Shown here: in pieces, positions 29,238 through 40,299 of the stretch
Layout: every line of letters starts with the position of its first letter
Position numbering within the stretch: position 1 is the first letter of the stretch
Source: a bacterium
GTDB lineage: Bacteria; RBG-13-61-14; DATKZS01
DNA length: 64,000 nucleotides
NCBI GenBank assembly: GCA_963674965.2
Contig: CAXXFL010000002.1
Coordinates: forward strand, 320,001-384,000
Direction of reading: 5' to 3'
The notes under the pieces: generated by a model
Told to the model about the DNA's origin: nothing
Seen by the model: only the letters and a program-made list of their open reading frames with translations
Databases searched by the model: none
Position numbers and translations under genes: made by a program

Positions 29238-31742
29238 ATGCAAGAAATAGGAACCAGGGTCGAGGTACCCATCAAGGAGGAGCTGAAAACCAGCTACCTC
29301 GATTACGCCATGAGCGTGATCATCGGCCGAGCCCTGCCCGACGTAAGGGACGGACTCAAGCCGGTCCACCGCCGCATACTCTACGCCATGTACAAAGAGG
29401 GAATACTGCCCAACAAGAAGTATTCCAAATGCGCCGGCGTGGTGGGCGAAGTCCTGAAAAAATACCATCCTCACGGCGACGCGGCCGTGTACGACACCAT
29501 GGTCAGGCTGGCCCAGAGCTGGAACATGCGCTACCCACTTATCGACGGGCAGGGCAACTTCGGGTCCATCGACGGGGACTCCGCCGCGGCGTATCGATAC
29601 ACCGAGAGCAAGCTGGCCAAGATAAGCGTCGAGCTTTTAAACGACATCGACAAGGACACGGTCGATTTCATCGACAACTTCGACGGGACCACCCAGGAGC
29701 CGACCGTGCTGCCGGCCAAGCTGCCCAACCTCCTGGTTAACGGCGGCGACGGCATCGCCGTGGGCATGGCCACCAAGATACCTCCCCACAACCTGGGCGA
29801 GGTGGTGGACGCCCTGGTTACAGTCATCGACAAGCCCAACGCCGAGACGGACGAGATCATGCGCAAGATGCCCGGGCCGGACTTTCCCACGGGAGGGTTC
29901 ATCCACGGCCGCTCGGGCATACGCGAGGCCTACAAAACCGGCAAGGGCATCATCCAGATGAGGGGCAGGATACTGGTCGAGACCAACCCCAGGACCAAGA
30001 AGACCGCCCTGGTTATAACCGAGATTCCCTACCAGATCACCAAGACCAGGATCATCGAGAAGATCGCCGAGATGGTCAACAACAAGAAGATCGAGGGCAT
30101 CTCGGACCTTCGCGACGAGTCCGACCGTGAGGGCATGAGGATCGTGGTCGAGCTCAAGCGCGACGCCAACCCGGCGGTGGTAAGGAACAACCTTTACAAG
30201 CACACGCCCCTGCAGGACAGCTTCGGCATCATCATGCTGGCCATCGTGGACGGCCGGCCCGAGGTGTTGTCCCTTCGGCGCCTGCTCGATCTTTTCGTCA
30301 AGCATAGAAAGGAGGTCGTCACCAGGCGGTGCCTGTACGAGCTTCGCCAGGCCGAGGCCCGGGAGCACATCCTGATCGGTTTCAAAAAGGCCCTCGACAA
30401 CATGGACGCGATCATCAAACTGATCCGGGCCTCGAGGACGGCGGCCGAGGCCAAGGAAGGCCTGATGCGGGAGTTCGAGTTCAGCGACCGCCAGGCCCAG
30501 GCCATCCTCGAGATGCGTCTGCAGCGGCTCACGGGCATGGAGCGCCAGAAGATACTGGACGAGTTAAAGGAGGTCCAGGCCGAGATCAAAAGGCTGAGGG
30601 ACATCCTTTCCTCGGTGGCCAAAATCCTGGGCGTGGTCAAGGACGAGTTGCTCGAGCTCAAGGACAAGTTCGGGGACAACCGTCGCACCGAGATAGTGGG
30701 CCGGGCCGAGGAGATCAACCTCGAGGACCTGATCGTCGAGGAGGACATGGCGGTCACCATCTCGAACACGGGTTACATCAAGCGTAACCCCGTTTCCCTT
30801 TATCGCGCCCAACGGCGGGGGGGCAAGGGCAAGACGGGCATGACCATGAAGGAGGAGGACTTCGTGTCCGAGCTCTTCGTGGCCTCGACCCATACCAATA
30901 TGATCTTCATCACCGACAAGGGCAAGGCCTACATGAAGAAGGTCTACGAGATACCCCAGGCCGGGCGGGCGGCCAAGGGCAAGGCCATCGTGAACCTCCT
31001 TCCCCTGGACCAGGGCGAGATGGTCCAGACGGTCCTGGTGGTCAAGGACTTCGAGGAGGGAAAATACATCATGACCGTCACTAAAAAAGGACTGGTCAAA
31101 AAGACCGACCTCATGGCCTACGGGAACATCCGCTCGAACGGACTCATCGCCGTTGTCATCGACGAGGGCGACGAGCTGATCAAGGCCGACCTGACCGACG
31201 GCGCCCAGGACGTTTTCCTCAGCTCGAAGAGCGGGAAGTCGGTTCGCTTCAAGGAGGATGAGGTAAGGCCCATGGGACGCGGCACCCGCGGCGTCAAGGG
31301 CATGGCCCTGGGCAAGGACGACGAGGTGGTGGGCATGGAGATACTCTCGCCCCAGGGCGAGGCCACCATCCTGACGGTCACGGAAAACGGGTTCGGGAAA
31401 CGGACCAGCGTCGACGAGTACCCCATCCAGCACCGCGGAGGACAGGGAGTCATAACCATCAAGACCACCGCCAGGAACGGAAAGGTCATGGGCGTACATC
31501 AAGTGACGGACGACGACCAGCTCATGATCATCACCGACGGCGGCAAGATCATCCGCCTTAACGTAAAGGACATATCGGTTATAGGACGGAACACCCAGGG
31601 CGTTAAGCTCATAACCCTGGCCGAGGACGAGCAGGTCACCGGGCTTTGCCAACTGGTGGAAAAGGAAGAGAACGGAAACGGCGAGGAAGAGCCCATCGAG
31701 GACGGCGTCGAGGAAGTATCCCCCGAGGAAGAAACGGAATAA
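29238..31742 (+). CDS. gyrA: DNA gyrase subunit A
   Basis: [24 protein letters not shown], GyrA box QRRGGKG. Confidence 0.98.
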   Translation: MQEIGTRVEVPIKEELKTSYLDYAMSVIIGRALPDVRDGLKPVHRRILYAMYKEGILPNKKYSKCAGVVGEVLKKYHPHGDAAVYDTMVRLAQSWNMRYPLIDGQGNFGSIDGDSAAAYRYTESKLAKISVELLNDIDKDTVDFIDNFDGTTQEPTVLPAKLPNLLVNGGDGIAVGMATKIPPHNLGEVVDALVTVIDKPNAETDEIMRKMPGPDFPTGGFIHGRSGIREAYKTGKGIIQMRGRILVETNPRTKKTALVITEIPYQITKTRIIEKIAEMVNNKKIEGISDLRDESDREGMRIVVELKRDANPAVVRNNLYKHTPLQDSFGIIMLAIVDGRPEVLSLRRLLDLFVKHRKEVVTRRCLYELRQAEAREHILIGFKKALDNMDAIIKLIRASRTAAEAKEGLMREFEFSDRQAQAILEMRLQRLTGMERQKILDELKEVQAEIKRLRDILSSVAKILGVVKDELLELKDKFGDNRRTEIVGRAEEINLEDLIVEEDMAVTISNTGYIKRNPVSLYRAQRRGGKGKTGMTMKEEDFVSELFVASTHTNMIFITDKGKAYMKKVYEIPQAGRAAKGKAIVNLLPLDQGEMVQTVLVVKDFEEGKYIMTVTKKGLVKKTDLMAYGNIRSNGLIAVVIDEGDELIKADLTDGAQDVFLSSKSGKSVRFKEDEVRPMGRGTRGVKGMALGKDDEVVGMEILSPQGEATILTVTENGFGKRTSVDEYPIQHRGGQGVITIKTTARNGKVMGVHQVTDDDQLMIITDGGKIIRLNVKDISVIGRNTQGVKLITLAEDEQVTGLCQLVEKEENGNGEEEPIEDGVEEVSPEEETE

Positions 31743-31793
31743 AACCGGACCCCATAGGCCAAGAGTCGTTTTATCAGTTATGGATACTCTTCC

Positions 31794-33029
31794 TCACGCG
31801 TCGATGCCCTCGAGGAAGGCGGCCAGTTTGAGGAACTCTTTTTCCTCGGAGTATTTCCGCTGGTCGGCGTGGTCGACCTCGATCATGACGGTGGGCACGC
31901 CCGTTTTTTTCTCGATTTCCCGCATAAGGTCGAGTTGCATCACCGAGTAAGGCTTGCAGCTCCGGTTGCCGCTGAAGACCACGCCGTTGATCCCGAACCT
32001 TTCGATCATCTCGGCCATGGCCTTGAGTCTCAGCTCGAGGCCGCTGGGGCACACGGAGCCGTTCTGGATCAGGGCCAGGGAACGGAGGGGATCGGACTCG
32101 TCACAGACGAACCTGTCCACGCTACCCTCCCGGACGCCGATGGCGTTGGTGTAGGTGGCGTAGATGACGTTGGCGTCCATGCCCGCCAGCCTGGAGCTCA
32201 TGCTCCGAAGCTGATGCCAGGGAGCGATGTTGTCCCATAACAGGCGATAGCGCTCGTTGGGCACGGGGAAGTCCCTGGCCGCGACCAGCTCGGCGGTCTC
32301 CTCAGCCAGGAGGCGGCAGTGATCGACCAACTCGGGCGTGCCCCGGAAAGAGGTGATGTACGGGGCCATATGCACGAAGGAATCGAAGGCCGTAATGCCC
32401 GCCGGGCGGTGGGAGGCGAAGTCCATGAACTCTTTCCACAGGCGGTTGGCCTCGTTCGAATAGGAGATGGCCTCGATGGTCCTGTCCATGTCGTGCTTCT
32501 GGCCGGTCATCTCCTCGATGAGACCGATAAGCTCGCCGTACTGGTCCACGATATATTGCGTGTCCTTTTCCGCCTGCTCCTCATAGCAGAAGGGAACGTC
32601 GAGCACGAAATGAGGAACGCCCAATTCCCGCCTGTACACGTCGAACCACTTGACTAAAAGGGAGCAGTTGTTGTTGTTCGAGATCATAAGGCCCGGCTTG
32701 GGCATGCCCATGCTGGGTGAGCCTTTGCCGCCTTCCATCCAGGCGCCCAGGTCGATGCGGGCGTAGGAGCAGATGTCCGTCGAGTAGCCCCTCTCCTCGG
32801 CCTTCTCGGCCAGGGACGATCCCGCGCCCCGGGCCGCGCACATGGCCGCGTGGTTCTCGGGCACGGCTATGACCAGGTCGAATCCTTTCAATAACTCGAT
32901 GGGCACGATAATGGCGATCCAGGTTACCAGCTTGCCCTGGGCCGCTCCCGCGTGCATCTCGGTAAAATACCTGGCCACCATCTTCTTGAGGTTTTCCGCC
33001 GATCTCGAGAGTCTTCTTTTCGGTTTCAT
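31794..33029 (-). CDS. 2-hydroxyacyl-CoA dehydratase / benzoyl-CoA reductase family subunit (HgdA/BcrB-like)
   Basis: PENHAA, GYSTDICSY, NNCSLLVKWF, NRSCKPYS, IEVDHAD. Confidence 0.88.
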   Translation of the reverse strand: MKPKRRLSRSAENLKKMVARYFTEMHAGAAQGKLVTWIAIIVPIELLKGFDLVIAVPENHAAMCAARGAGSSLAEKAEERGYSTDICSYARIDLGAWMEGGKGSPSMGMPKPGLMISNNNNCSLLVKWFDVYRRELGVPHFVLDVPFCYEEQAEKDTQYIVDQYGELIGLIEEMTGQKHDMDRTIEAISYSNEANRLWKEFMDFASHRPAGITAFDSFVHMAPYITSFRGTPELVDHCRLLAEETAELVAARDFPVPNERYRLLWDNIAPWHQLRSMSSRLAGMDANVIYATYTNAIGVREGSVDRFVCDESDPLRSLALIQNGSVCPSGLELRLKAMAEMIERFGINGVVFSGNRSCKPYSVMQLDLMREIEKKTGVPTVMIEVDHADQRKYSEEKEFLKLAAFLEGIDA

Positions 33030-33042
33030 TTTCCGCCCCGTT

Positions 33043-34146
33043 TCAGGTTTGTTTTTTTAAAAGCTCGGCAAAGGCCTCGACCCTGGTATGGATAGGGCCG
33101 GCCCCCTCGTCGTCAATGGACAGCTCGATAAAAAGGCACTTAAGGCCCGCGTCGGTCAGGCGCTTCTCGATGTAGGGGTATTCAAGATACTCGTATTCGC
33201 AGAACTTCTCGCCAATAAAGACGAAGCCCCTGGCCTTGCTTTGCCTGGCCAGGCCCAGTATGGCCTCGGCCCGCTTGTCCGCCAGGCCGGCCAGGGTAGG
33301 GCAGGGGAAGTGATTTTTATAAAAGTCCAGGTAGTATTCCTCGGCCGAGTCGAACTCCGCCGGCGTGTAGGCGTTGGCCCGGCGCAGGCCGGCCACGTCG
33401 TTGGCCGCCACCACGAGTCCGGCCTCCTGGAAAAGGGGAGTCAGAAAGGGTCTGGCCGCCGAGATGCCGCTGATGAGGATGGGTATTCCCGAATGATCGG
33501 CGGGGTTTTTCCTGGCCGCCACGATCCTTTGCCCGAGGGTCGCGGTAAGCCCCTCGATGGAGGTGGACGCCTCGTATAGTGACATGCCGCCAAGCTGGTC
33601 GAACGCCATTCGGCCGTCGGCCACCAACTCTTGAGCCTCGGAAATAAGGGACCTATACCGGCGATAGACCTCGACGCTGGCCCTGAAGTCCGTGATGGAA
33701 AAGGCACGGCCCATGAATTTCTCGAGGCTCGAAATAAGACCGGTAATCTCGTTTTTAAGGTAGTTCGAGGCATAGGCCGCGCAAAGGTCTTTAGCTGGAA
33801 GATGCATCCGGAAATACTCGAGGCTCCTTCCTCGGCTGTCCATGCCTTTTTGTAAAGGTTCCGGAAGGTTGCGCAAGGTGTCGCAGGCGTTGTATGAGAA
33901 GACGGCCGCCATGTCCGAGGAAAGAGGGCCAAGGGCAAACTGCATGAGACGCCTGGCCACGGCACATGAAAAAGCCTGCACGTGCAAATCGGACAGGTCC
34001 GTACCGTCGATGGTCTCCTCGAGTCCCCATAATACCCTCGGGTCCATGCCCATGGAGTGGAAAAGCTCGAGGGGAGGATATAAAGGAAAACAGCCGATCA
34101 GGGGGCGTGAATTGCCAGGTTGGGACTCGCTCAATTTTTTCTCCAT
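33043..34146 (-). CDS. 2-hydroxyacyl-CoA dehydratase family subunit (HgdB/BcrC-like)
   Basis: GCFPLYPPLEL, QAFSCAV, CDTL, KFCEYE, TRVEAFAE. Confidence 0.85.
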   Translation of the reverse strand: MEKKLSESQPGNSRPLIGCFPLYPPLELFHSMGMDPRVLWGLEETIDGTDLSDLHVQAFSCAVARRLMQFALGPLSSDMAAVFSYNACDTLRNLPEPLQKGMDSRGRSLEYFRMHLPAKDLCAAYASNYLKNEITGLISSLEKFMGRAFSITDFRASVEVYRRYRSLISEAQELVADGRMAFDQLGGMSLYEASTSIEGLTATLGQRIVAARKNPADHSGIPILISGISAARPFLTPLFQEAGLVVAANDVAGLRRANAYTPAEFDSAEEYYLDFYKNHFPCPTLAGLADKRAEAILGLARQSKARGFVFIGEKFCEYEYLEYPYIEKRLTDAGLKCLFIELSIDDEGAGPIHTRVEAFAELLKKQT

Positions 34147-34282
34147 GAATCTCTAATTTTCCCGACGTGGAAAAAGTCTATTGCATGATCTTGAGTATGT
34201 CAAGAAATAGCGAGGTGGACTTCCCCCATTTTGGAAAACTCGGGATATACGGCTCGCGGCGGTCTGCAAACAAATCGAAGGC

Positions 34283-34500
34283 CAAGCCCGAAGGGCTTGA
34301 ACATGAATAGCCGTAGGCGCCAGCCTACGGTAGGCGCAGCCGGAAATTTCTTCGGCGCCCCTAAAAGGGGCGAACCTTGCCTGGCGTCTGCAATCCACGT
34401 CGCCGCTGGTCCGGCCCTTTCAGGGCCGAAGATTATTTTTTAAGCCATCCTTTCCGTAGGCTGGCGCCTACGGCTATGCGAAGTTCCCCCTTTCAGGGGG
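34283..34500. repeat. F5-type REPIN-like element
   Basis: GCCGTAGGCGCCAGCCTACGG and its inverse CCGTAGGCTGGCGCCTACGGC, with CCCTAAAAGGG / CCCTTTCAGGG hairpins. Confidence 0.75.
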
Positions 34501-34781
34501 AGGCGGCCGCGTACGTTTCAGCGGCGTCCCAGGCCATCCGCGCGAGGAGGCGACGGTTGATTTTCACCTCGAGCGGTGGACAACCTGTCGAATGAAAAAA
34601 GGAACCAAGAACGAAACGGTCAAAATTGGGGAAAGTTCTGATAGCGAGGTGGTCAAGACATGACGCGTTCCTTAATTGATAATTGATAGAAAGCCCGGAT
34701 TTGGAGCGGGGCGGCTCTACGCGAGGCAAGGCTTTGCAATGGCGGGCAGTGTTAGAATTATGTTAGGTTGTATAAATGCCG

Positions 34782-34810
34782 TTGACATACTCGCTTAATT
34801 TAATTATAAT
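34782..34810 (+). promoter_or_regulatory. Consensus sigma70 promoter of the GAK operon
   Basis: TTGACA-17 bp-TATAAT. Confidence 0.75.
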
Positions 34811-34864
34811 TTTTATTTGGCAAGGTTGAATGATGTATAATATTCTCTCGCCTTTGAAGTTGTA

Positions 34865-36028
34865 ATGAAAGTTGTGGAACCAGTTGGCGGCCGCGGAGTC
34901 GAGCCGATTATGCCCGAAAGCCTCTCCCCCGAGATAACCGGGGCGGATGAGGAGGCTTTTCTCCGGATCATCTCGACCGACCTGAGCGAGGAGCAGGAGG
35001 AAAGAATAATCGAGCCTCCTCGTTCATTCCCCGAGAAAAGGGCCGTCCTTGGCGTGCACTGGCACCCCGAGTTCATTCCCATGAATCTGATTCGGAAACG
35101 AATCGACGCCTTTTTTCCCTGCAAGGAGGATGAACTCCTCATCCCCACCCAGCATAATGATATATTATCCTTCGACTCGGTTTATTCCGGTATCGAGATC
35201 GACTGCTATGACCAAGGCTTCAACCAGAAAGTGCAGCTTCTTATCCACGCGAGATCGGAAAAACTCGAGCGGGCTAACGTTTTAAGGAAGATGGCCGCTT
35301 ACACCGCGAGGTACCGCTCGTCCCAGCTTGTCGAGTTCATGGACTCGATCATAAGGCCCATGGATGACAGGATAAACGAGGCCGCCCAGGCCACGGGAGC
35401 GGGCGAGGCGCTTATCGAGTTCGTTACTATTAACGTTCAAAAGGTCCATGATCTTATCGTAAAGCATGAAAAGCGGATCGTGCCCATCATGGTTAAGAAC
35501 AAGCTTCTTCGCGACTTCTTCAACGAGATGAGGCCGGTTTACGGCAATTCCATTATAAATCGCTCGCAGACCTTCTTGCAGGCGGTGAAGGGGATAGTCA
35601 AGCGCGAGTTTCCTCTCCATTATTTTTATCGCGCCTCCGAGGTGATCGAGGAGGCCCGGGGAGCGGGGGCGTGTATAGTCATTCCTCACCCCGAGCAGTT
35701 CTGGCCCATACTCCTGGCCGATTACGACGTTGACGGCATCGAGGTCTGGAACCCCCAATCGAGAAAATACACGGATTTTCTTATCTCAGTGATCGTTCGC
35801 AAAAACGGCGAGATGGGCAAGTCGGAAAAAAAGCTTTTGGTTTTCATGGGTGACGACACTCATATGGGCGAGAAGATTAAAGACCCGGCGATCCAGGACC
35901 AGGAGAAGGCCGCCCGCGAGATAGGTCTCCAGCCTCCCTGGGACGATCTGGCCATCAAGAAGGGCCTCATCCTGGCGGGGATGAGTCTTTCCGAGGTAAT
36001 GGCCGAATACAGGTCTCGTCTGGACTGA
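34865..36028 (+). CDS. PHP-like metallo-phosphoesterase (GAK-associated)
   Basis: HWHPE, IPHP, DGIEVWN, GDDTH motifs. Confidence 0.65.
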   Translation: MKVVEPVGGRGVEPIMPESLSPEITGADEEAFLRIISTDLSEEQEERIIEPPRSFPEKRAVLGVHWHPEFIPMNLIRKRIDAFFPCKEDELLIPTQHNDILSFDSVYSGIEIDCYDQGFNQKVQLLIHARSEKLERANVLRKMAAYTARYRSSQLVEFMDSIIRPMDDRINEAAQATGAGEALIEFVTINVQKVHDLIVKHEKRIVPIMVKNKLLRDFFNEMRPVYGNSIINRSQTFLQAVKGIVKREFPLHYFYRASEVIEEARGAGACIVIPHPEQFWPILLADYDVDGIEVWNPQSRKYTDFLISVIVRKNGEMGKSEKKLLVFMGDDTHMGEKIKDPAIQDQEKAAREIGLQPPWDDLAIKKGLILAGMSLSEVMAEYRSRLD

Positions 36029-36071
36029 AAAGAGCGCCGCCATATGAAGTTTTTTACATGGAGAATTTAAC

Positions 36072-36350
36072 ATGACGGACAACGACACCTTCGATTACGA
36101 ATCCATCCAGGACTCGATCACGGTCAAGAATTTTATCCAGTCCCTGATCGACGGCATCGAGAAGGGAAGGATACAGCTCAATTCCAACGGCGAAGAGATA
36201 GTGCTGAACCCCGCCCAGATGTTCAAGTTCACGGTCAAGGCGAGGAGAAAAGGGGGCACGGGCAAGATAAGCCTTAAGATTTCCTGGAAGGAACAAAACG
36301 CCATGAAGATACTCTCGGAGGGACCCCTGGAGATTTCCACTGAAAAATGA
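36072..36350 (+). CDS. Amphi-Trp domain protein
   Basis: L.DGIEKGRIQL...alternating beta pattern ending ISLKISWK. Confidence 0.8.
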   Translation: MTDNDTFDYESIQDSITVKNFIQSLIDGIEKGRIQLNSNGEEIVLNPAQMFKFTVKARRKGGTGKISLKISWKEQNAMKILSEGPLEISTEK

Positions 36351-37996
36351 TTACCTTCGAAGGCATCGAGGAAAATCTTAAATTCCTCGTTCTGGAGACC
36401 GAAAAACTTGTGACCTCGACTCGCGAGTTTCTCGACGCGCCCGACCCCAGCGAATACGAGCGGATAATCGCCAGCGACGATTATATCGACAATCTCAAGA
36501 ACATCGTGGAAAATCAGTGCTATTCCCGGATCAACTCGGAAAGGGGCATTTCCAAGCGAGACGTGAACGTGGTCCGGGCCATGCATATAATCGGTATCAA
36601 CCTCGAGCGCATAGCCGATAACTGCATCAACATCATCGAGCAGACCCAGTATCTTGACGACCACGATTACATCCACAAATTCAATTACAAAGCTCTTTTC
36701 GACGAGCTTCTCACGGCCCTTTCAAAAATCATCGACGTCATGAGGCAGGGCAGCCTGGCCGGGGCCCTGGCCGTATGCAGGTCCGAGCACGAGATAGACG
36801 TGCTTTATAAAAAGGACTTCGACCGGATAATGAACAAGCTTCGGTCGGGCCGTAACGTTCAAAACCTTATCACCGTGCTTTTCATATATCGCTACCTGGA
36901 GCGCATGGGCGACTCCATGCTCAACGTAGGAGAAGCGTTAATATTTTCGATAATCGGCGAGAAGATAAAGATACATCAGTTCCAGTCTCTGCAACAGAAC
37001 CTGTCCAAGACCGGGATGTCCGGACATATGTCGGACCTGGATTTCCAGTCCTTTTGGGGTACCAGGTCGGGCTGCCGGATAAGCCGGGTCGAGCACCGGA
37101 GCGAGTCGGAAAACCCCGCCCAGGAGAGTATCTTCAAAGAAGGCGCGGTACAAAAGATCGAAAAAGAAAAGGAAAGCCTGGAAAGGTGGAACAAAGTCGC
37201 GCCCGGCCTGACGCCCAAGGTGCTAAGCTACACGCGGGAAAAGGACAAAGCCTCGATGCTGGTTCAGTTCCTGCCTGGATGCACCTTTGACGAAGCCCTG
37301 CTTAACATGAACGAATATCCAATGTTAGACGCTTTCGAGGGACTGAAAAAAGTTGTGCGCCAGGTATGGGATAAAACAATGGAACAAAGTCCCGTGCCCA
37401 TTGACTATATTAGCCAGCTAAGAGAAAGGCTGGACCAGATACGGGAAATCCATCCCAATTTCATCCGCTTCGAGCAGAAGATGGGCTCGGCTAAAATAGA
37501 CTCTTCCAACAAGCTCTTCGAGGCCTGCTCCAAAGTGGAAAAAAACGTACTCGCTCCTTTTACCGTCATGATCCACGGAGATTTCAACGTAAGCAACGTT
37601 ATTTACGATCACGTGGATAACAGGGTGTATTATATCGACTTACACAGGTCGCTTCAGTCCGATTACGTCCAGGACGTCTCGGTTTTCCTTATCTCCAATT
37701 TCAGGATTCCCGTTTTTAACGATAACCTGCGCGACAGGATAAACCTGGTCATCGAGCATTTTTACGATTTCGCCGAAGGATACGCGGAAGAGATGGAAGA
37801 TAAAACTTTTTATCTCAGGATGGCACTCGCACTGGCCAGGTCGTTATATACATCGACGCGGTTCGAGCTGAACTTCAAGTTCGCCAAGGAAATGTTTTTA
37901 AGGTCGCATTATCTAATGGAAAAAATCGCCACACACGACGGCCGGGGCGGACTTCCCGAGGACTTCTCGCTTCCCGAAGCCGTCCTTTATTACTAA
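36347..37996 (+). CDS. PhoU-domain + APH-like phosphotransferase fusion
   Basis: DDYIDNL, LERIADNC.NI, LERMGD; IHGDFNVSN, IDLHRS. Confidence 0.82.
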   Translation: MITFEGIEENLKFLVLETEKLVTSTREFLDAPDPSEYERIIASDDYIDNLKNIVENQCYSRINSERGISKRDVNVVRAMHIIGINLERIADNCINIIEQTQYLDDHDYIHKFNYKALFDELLTALSKIIDVMRQGSLAGALAVCRSEHEIDVLYKKDFDRIMNKLRSGRNVQNLITVLFIYRYLERMGDSMLNVGEALIFSIIGEKIKIHQFQSLQQNLSKTGMSGHMSDLDFQSFWGTRSGCRISRVEHRSESENPAQESIFKEGAVQKIEKEKESLERWNKVAPGLTPKVLSYTREKDKASMLVQFLPGCTFDEALLNMNEYPMLDAFEGLKKVVRQVWDKTMEQSPVPIDYISQLRERLDQIREIHPNFIRFEQKMGSAKIDSSNKLFEACSKVEKNVLAPFTVMIHGDFNVSNVIYDHVDNRVYYIDLHRSLQSDYVQDVSVFLISNFRIPVFNDNLRDRINLVIEHFYDFAEGYAEEMEDKTFYLRMALALARSLYTSTRFELNFKFAKEMFLRSHYLMEKIATHDGRGGLPEDFSLPEAVLYY

Positions 37997-38009
37997 TGGA
38001 GCATTATTT

Positions 38010-38891
38010 ATGAGGATTGGCGTTGTTGGTACCGCAGCCGGCTGGTCAACGGAAAAACTGGCCGACGCGGTCGAGAAGCTCACGGGTTTCAGACTAATAG
38101 TAGACATGAAAAAAATCCGTCTCGATCTTGTCTCCGGCAAGGTATGGCACGATGGAGAGGATCTGGCCGAGCTTGACGGTCTTATCATTAAAAAGATCGG
38201 AGGCAGATATTCGCAGAATTTGCTTGACCGGCTCGAGATACTAAGGATGCTGTATGACGAGGGAATGCCGATATTTTCGTCTCCTATCAAAATAATGCGG
38301 GTGCTTGACCGACTTAGCTGTACCCTGACGCTTTACGAAAACAATATTCCCCTTCCTCCCACCACGATTACAGAGGACGTGGACGAGGCGATGGCGGCGA
38401 TAGAAGAATATGGAGAATCCATACTTAAACCTCTTTATTCCTCGAAGGCCAGGGGCATGGTCAAGCTGTCCAGGTCCGAAGAAGCCAGGGGCATACTGCT
38501 CGACTTTAAACGGGAAAACCAGATCATCTACATTCAGAAAAAGATCGACCTTCCCGGCAAAGACCTGGGCGTGGTCTTCCTGGGTGGAGAATATCTAACC
38601 ACCTATGCCCGCTGCCAAAATGGTGATTCATGGACTACCAGTACCGCTTTTGGAGGGACCTACGAGCCGTATGAGCCTTCCCCTGGAATCATCGAGCTGG
38701 CCAGGAAGGCCCAGGCGCCTTTCGGCCTTGACTTCACCTGCGTCGACGTGGCCGAAACAAGCGCCGGTCCCGTTATTTTCGAGGTGTCCGCTTTCGGAGG
38801 GTTCCGGGGCATCTACCGTACTAGCACAATCGAAGCGGCGGAAGAATACGCCAGGTACGTCATCGACAAGATCGAAAAACAAGGCGGCTGA
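38010..38891 (+). CDS. GAK-system ATP-grasp enzyme (RimK-like)
   Basis: LKPLYSSKARGM, DLGVVFLGG, VDVAE, FEVSAFGGF. Confidence 0.85.
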   Translation: MRIGVVGTAAGWSTEKLADAVEKLTGFRLIVDMKKIRLDLVSGKVWHDGEDLAELDGLIIKKIGGRYSQNLLDRLEILRMLYDEGMPIFSSPIKIMRVLDRLSCTLTLYENNIPLPPTTITEDVDEAMAAIEEYGESILKPLYSSKARGMVKLSRSEEARGILLDFKRENQIIYIQKKIDLPGKDLGVVFLGGEYLTTYARCQNGDSWTTSTAFGGTYEPYEPSPGIIELARKAQAPFGLDFTCVDVAETSAGPVIFEVSAFGGFRGIYRTSTIEAAEEYARYVIDKIEKQGG

Positions 38892-39958
38892 TGTTAACGG
38901 TAAGTCAAATCATCAGGGAACTGAGGGGAAAATATCCAGCCGACCATGTACTTTTTCTGAAATTTCATGACCTTGCCATACAGTTCAGGACCAATGAAAC
39001 AAGGCTCATCCGGGCGCTCCAATACTATTTCAATCCCTTCATATCGGAAAAAGAAGAGAACGCCCTATTAATCACGGCACACCAGGCGGAACCGCCCGAG
39101 TTCGAGTCGGAATTTCTCACCAAGCCGCCCGATCCCGGTAAGAACAGGATCAAAGAAGAGTATTTCGATCTGCCCGATGGAAGGGTCGTCAGAAAAAGGC
39201 TCACCTCCATGATCTTCATCTTCGGGGGAGACGAGCATTTAGCCATCGGGCCGTGCCTTGCAAACGATAACCAGGTTATTAACTTTATCAACAATCGCCT
39301 TATCGCGCATATGCTTGAAAAAGGATGCCTTTTGGGACACGCCGCCGGAATTTTGCTGGGCAAAAAAGGCATGGCCATAGCCGGCGTGGCGGGCGCGGGA
39401 AAATCCACCCTGGCCTTGAAATGCGTAAGTCTCGGCGCGTCATTCGTTTCCAACGATAGACTATTGCTTGAGAGGTCGGACGGCGGCCCCCTTGTCATGC
39501 GCGGCGTGCCCAAGCTTCCGCGCGTCAACCCCGGCACCGTTCTCAACAACCCGGACCTGGAGTCGGTCGTTCCGCTCGAGGAACGGCGTCGGTTTCTAGA
39601 ACTCCCGGCGTCTAAGTTGTGGGACCTAGAGCATAAATACGACGTGCCCATAGGAGAAGTATTCGGCCCCGACCGTTTCGTGCTCAAGGCCCCCGTGGAC
39701 GCCATTGTCATACTCAACTGGAGACGAGAAAAAGCCACCCCGGTTATCGGCCGGGTAGACCTCTCCCAAAGGCTGGAACTTCTCGAGGCCCTTATAAAAT
39801 CTGAAGGCCTTTTCTATATCCACAGCGACGCCTCGGCCCCCCGAGACAACACCCACCAGGGATACCTGGACCTCCTCCGGGGGACCGAAACCATCGAGAT
39901 ATCCGGCGGAGTTGACTTCGACGTGGCCGCGTCTAAGTGCCTTGAAATATTGAAATAG
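38891..39958 (+). CDS. HprK-related kinase B
   Basis: HAAG, GVAGAGKST, VSNDR, PRVNPGT. Confidence 0.85.
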   Translation: MLTVSQIIRELRGKYPADHVLFLKFHDLAIQFRTNETRLIRALQYYFNPFISEKEENALLITAHQAEPPEFESEFLTKPPDPGKNRIKEEYFDLPDGRVVRKRLTSMIFIFGGDEHLAIGPCLANDNQVINFINNRLIAHMLEKGCLLGHAAGILLGKKGMAIAGVAGAGKSTLALKCVSLGASFVSNDRLLLERSDGGPLVMRGVPKLPRVNPGTVLNNPDLESVVPLEERRRFLELPASKLWDLEHKYDVPIGEVFGPDRFVLKAPVDAIVILNWRREKATPVIGRVDLSQRLELLEALIKSEGLFYIHSDASAPRDNTHQGYLDLLRGTETIEISGGVDFDVAASKCLEILK

Positions 39959-39968
39959 TAATATCATA

Positions 39969-40120
39969 TTGCAAAGTCCCGCTTTGGACTGCGGCGGCTC
40001 GACGCCGCTTTTCTTCCGAGCGGCTTGACGCGAGGCAAACCGCTGTATTGATAGGCCTTGTCAACCCAAGGCCATCGAAAGCGGCTATGACGCCAGGAAA
40101 AGGACTTTTGCAAGAATCTC
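39969..40120. mobile_element. Degenerate F1 MITE copy
   Basis: Colinear with 1416-1601; internal deletion between AAAGCGG direct repeats; right end TTTTGCAAGAATCTC. Confidence 0.75.
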
Positions 40121-40299
40121 AGAAATTGACCTGTCTCGCTGGATGACCGCAGTGTCCAAAAATCATGAAGATAATGGCGGGCTATTTTCTTCTTGACAAT
40201 CCCTAAAAGCCGTGCTTGATTGGCAAGTGGGACCGCTGTCCTGGATAATGCCACACTTAATATACATGGAGATAGTAGACAACAATAATAGGAGAAAAC

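Noticed and set aside
32667-32678. AAC run as a DGR template repeat
   Set aside because: It encodes NNNN inside the dehydratase gene and has no similarity to the variable regions.
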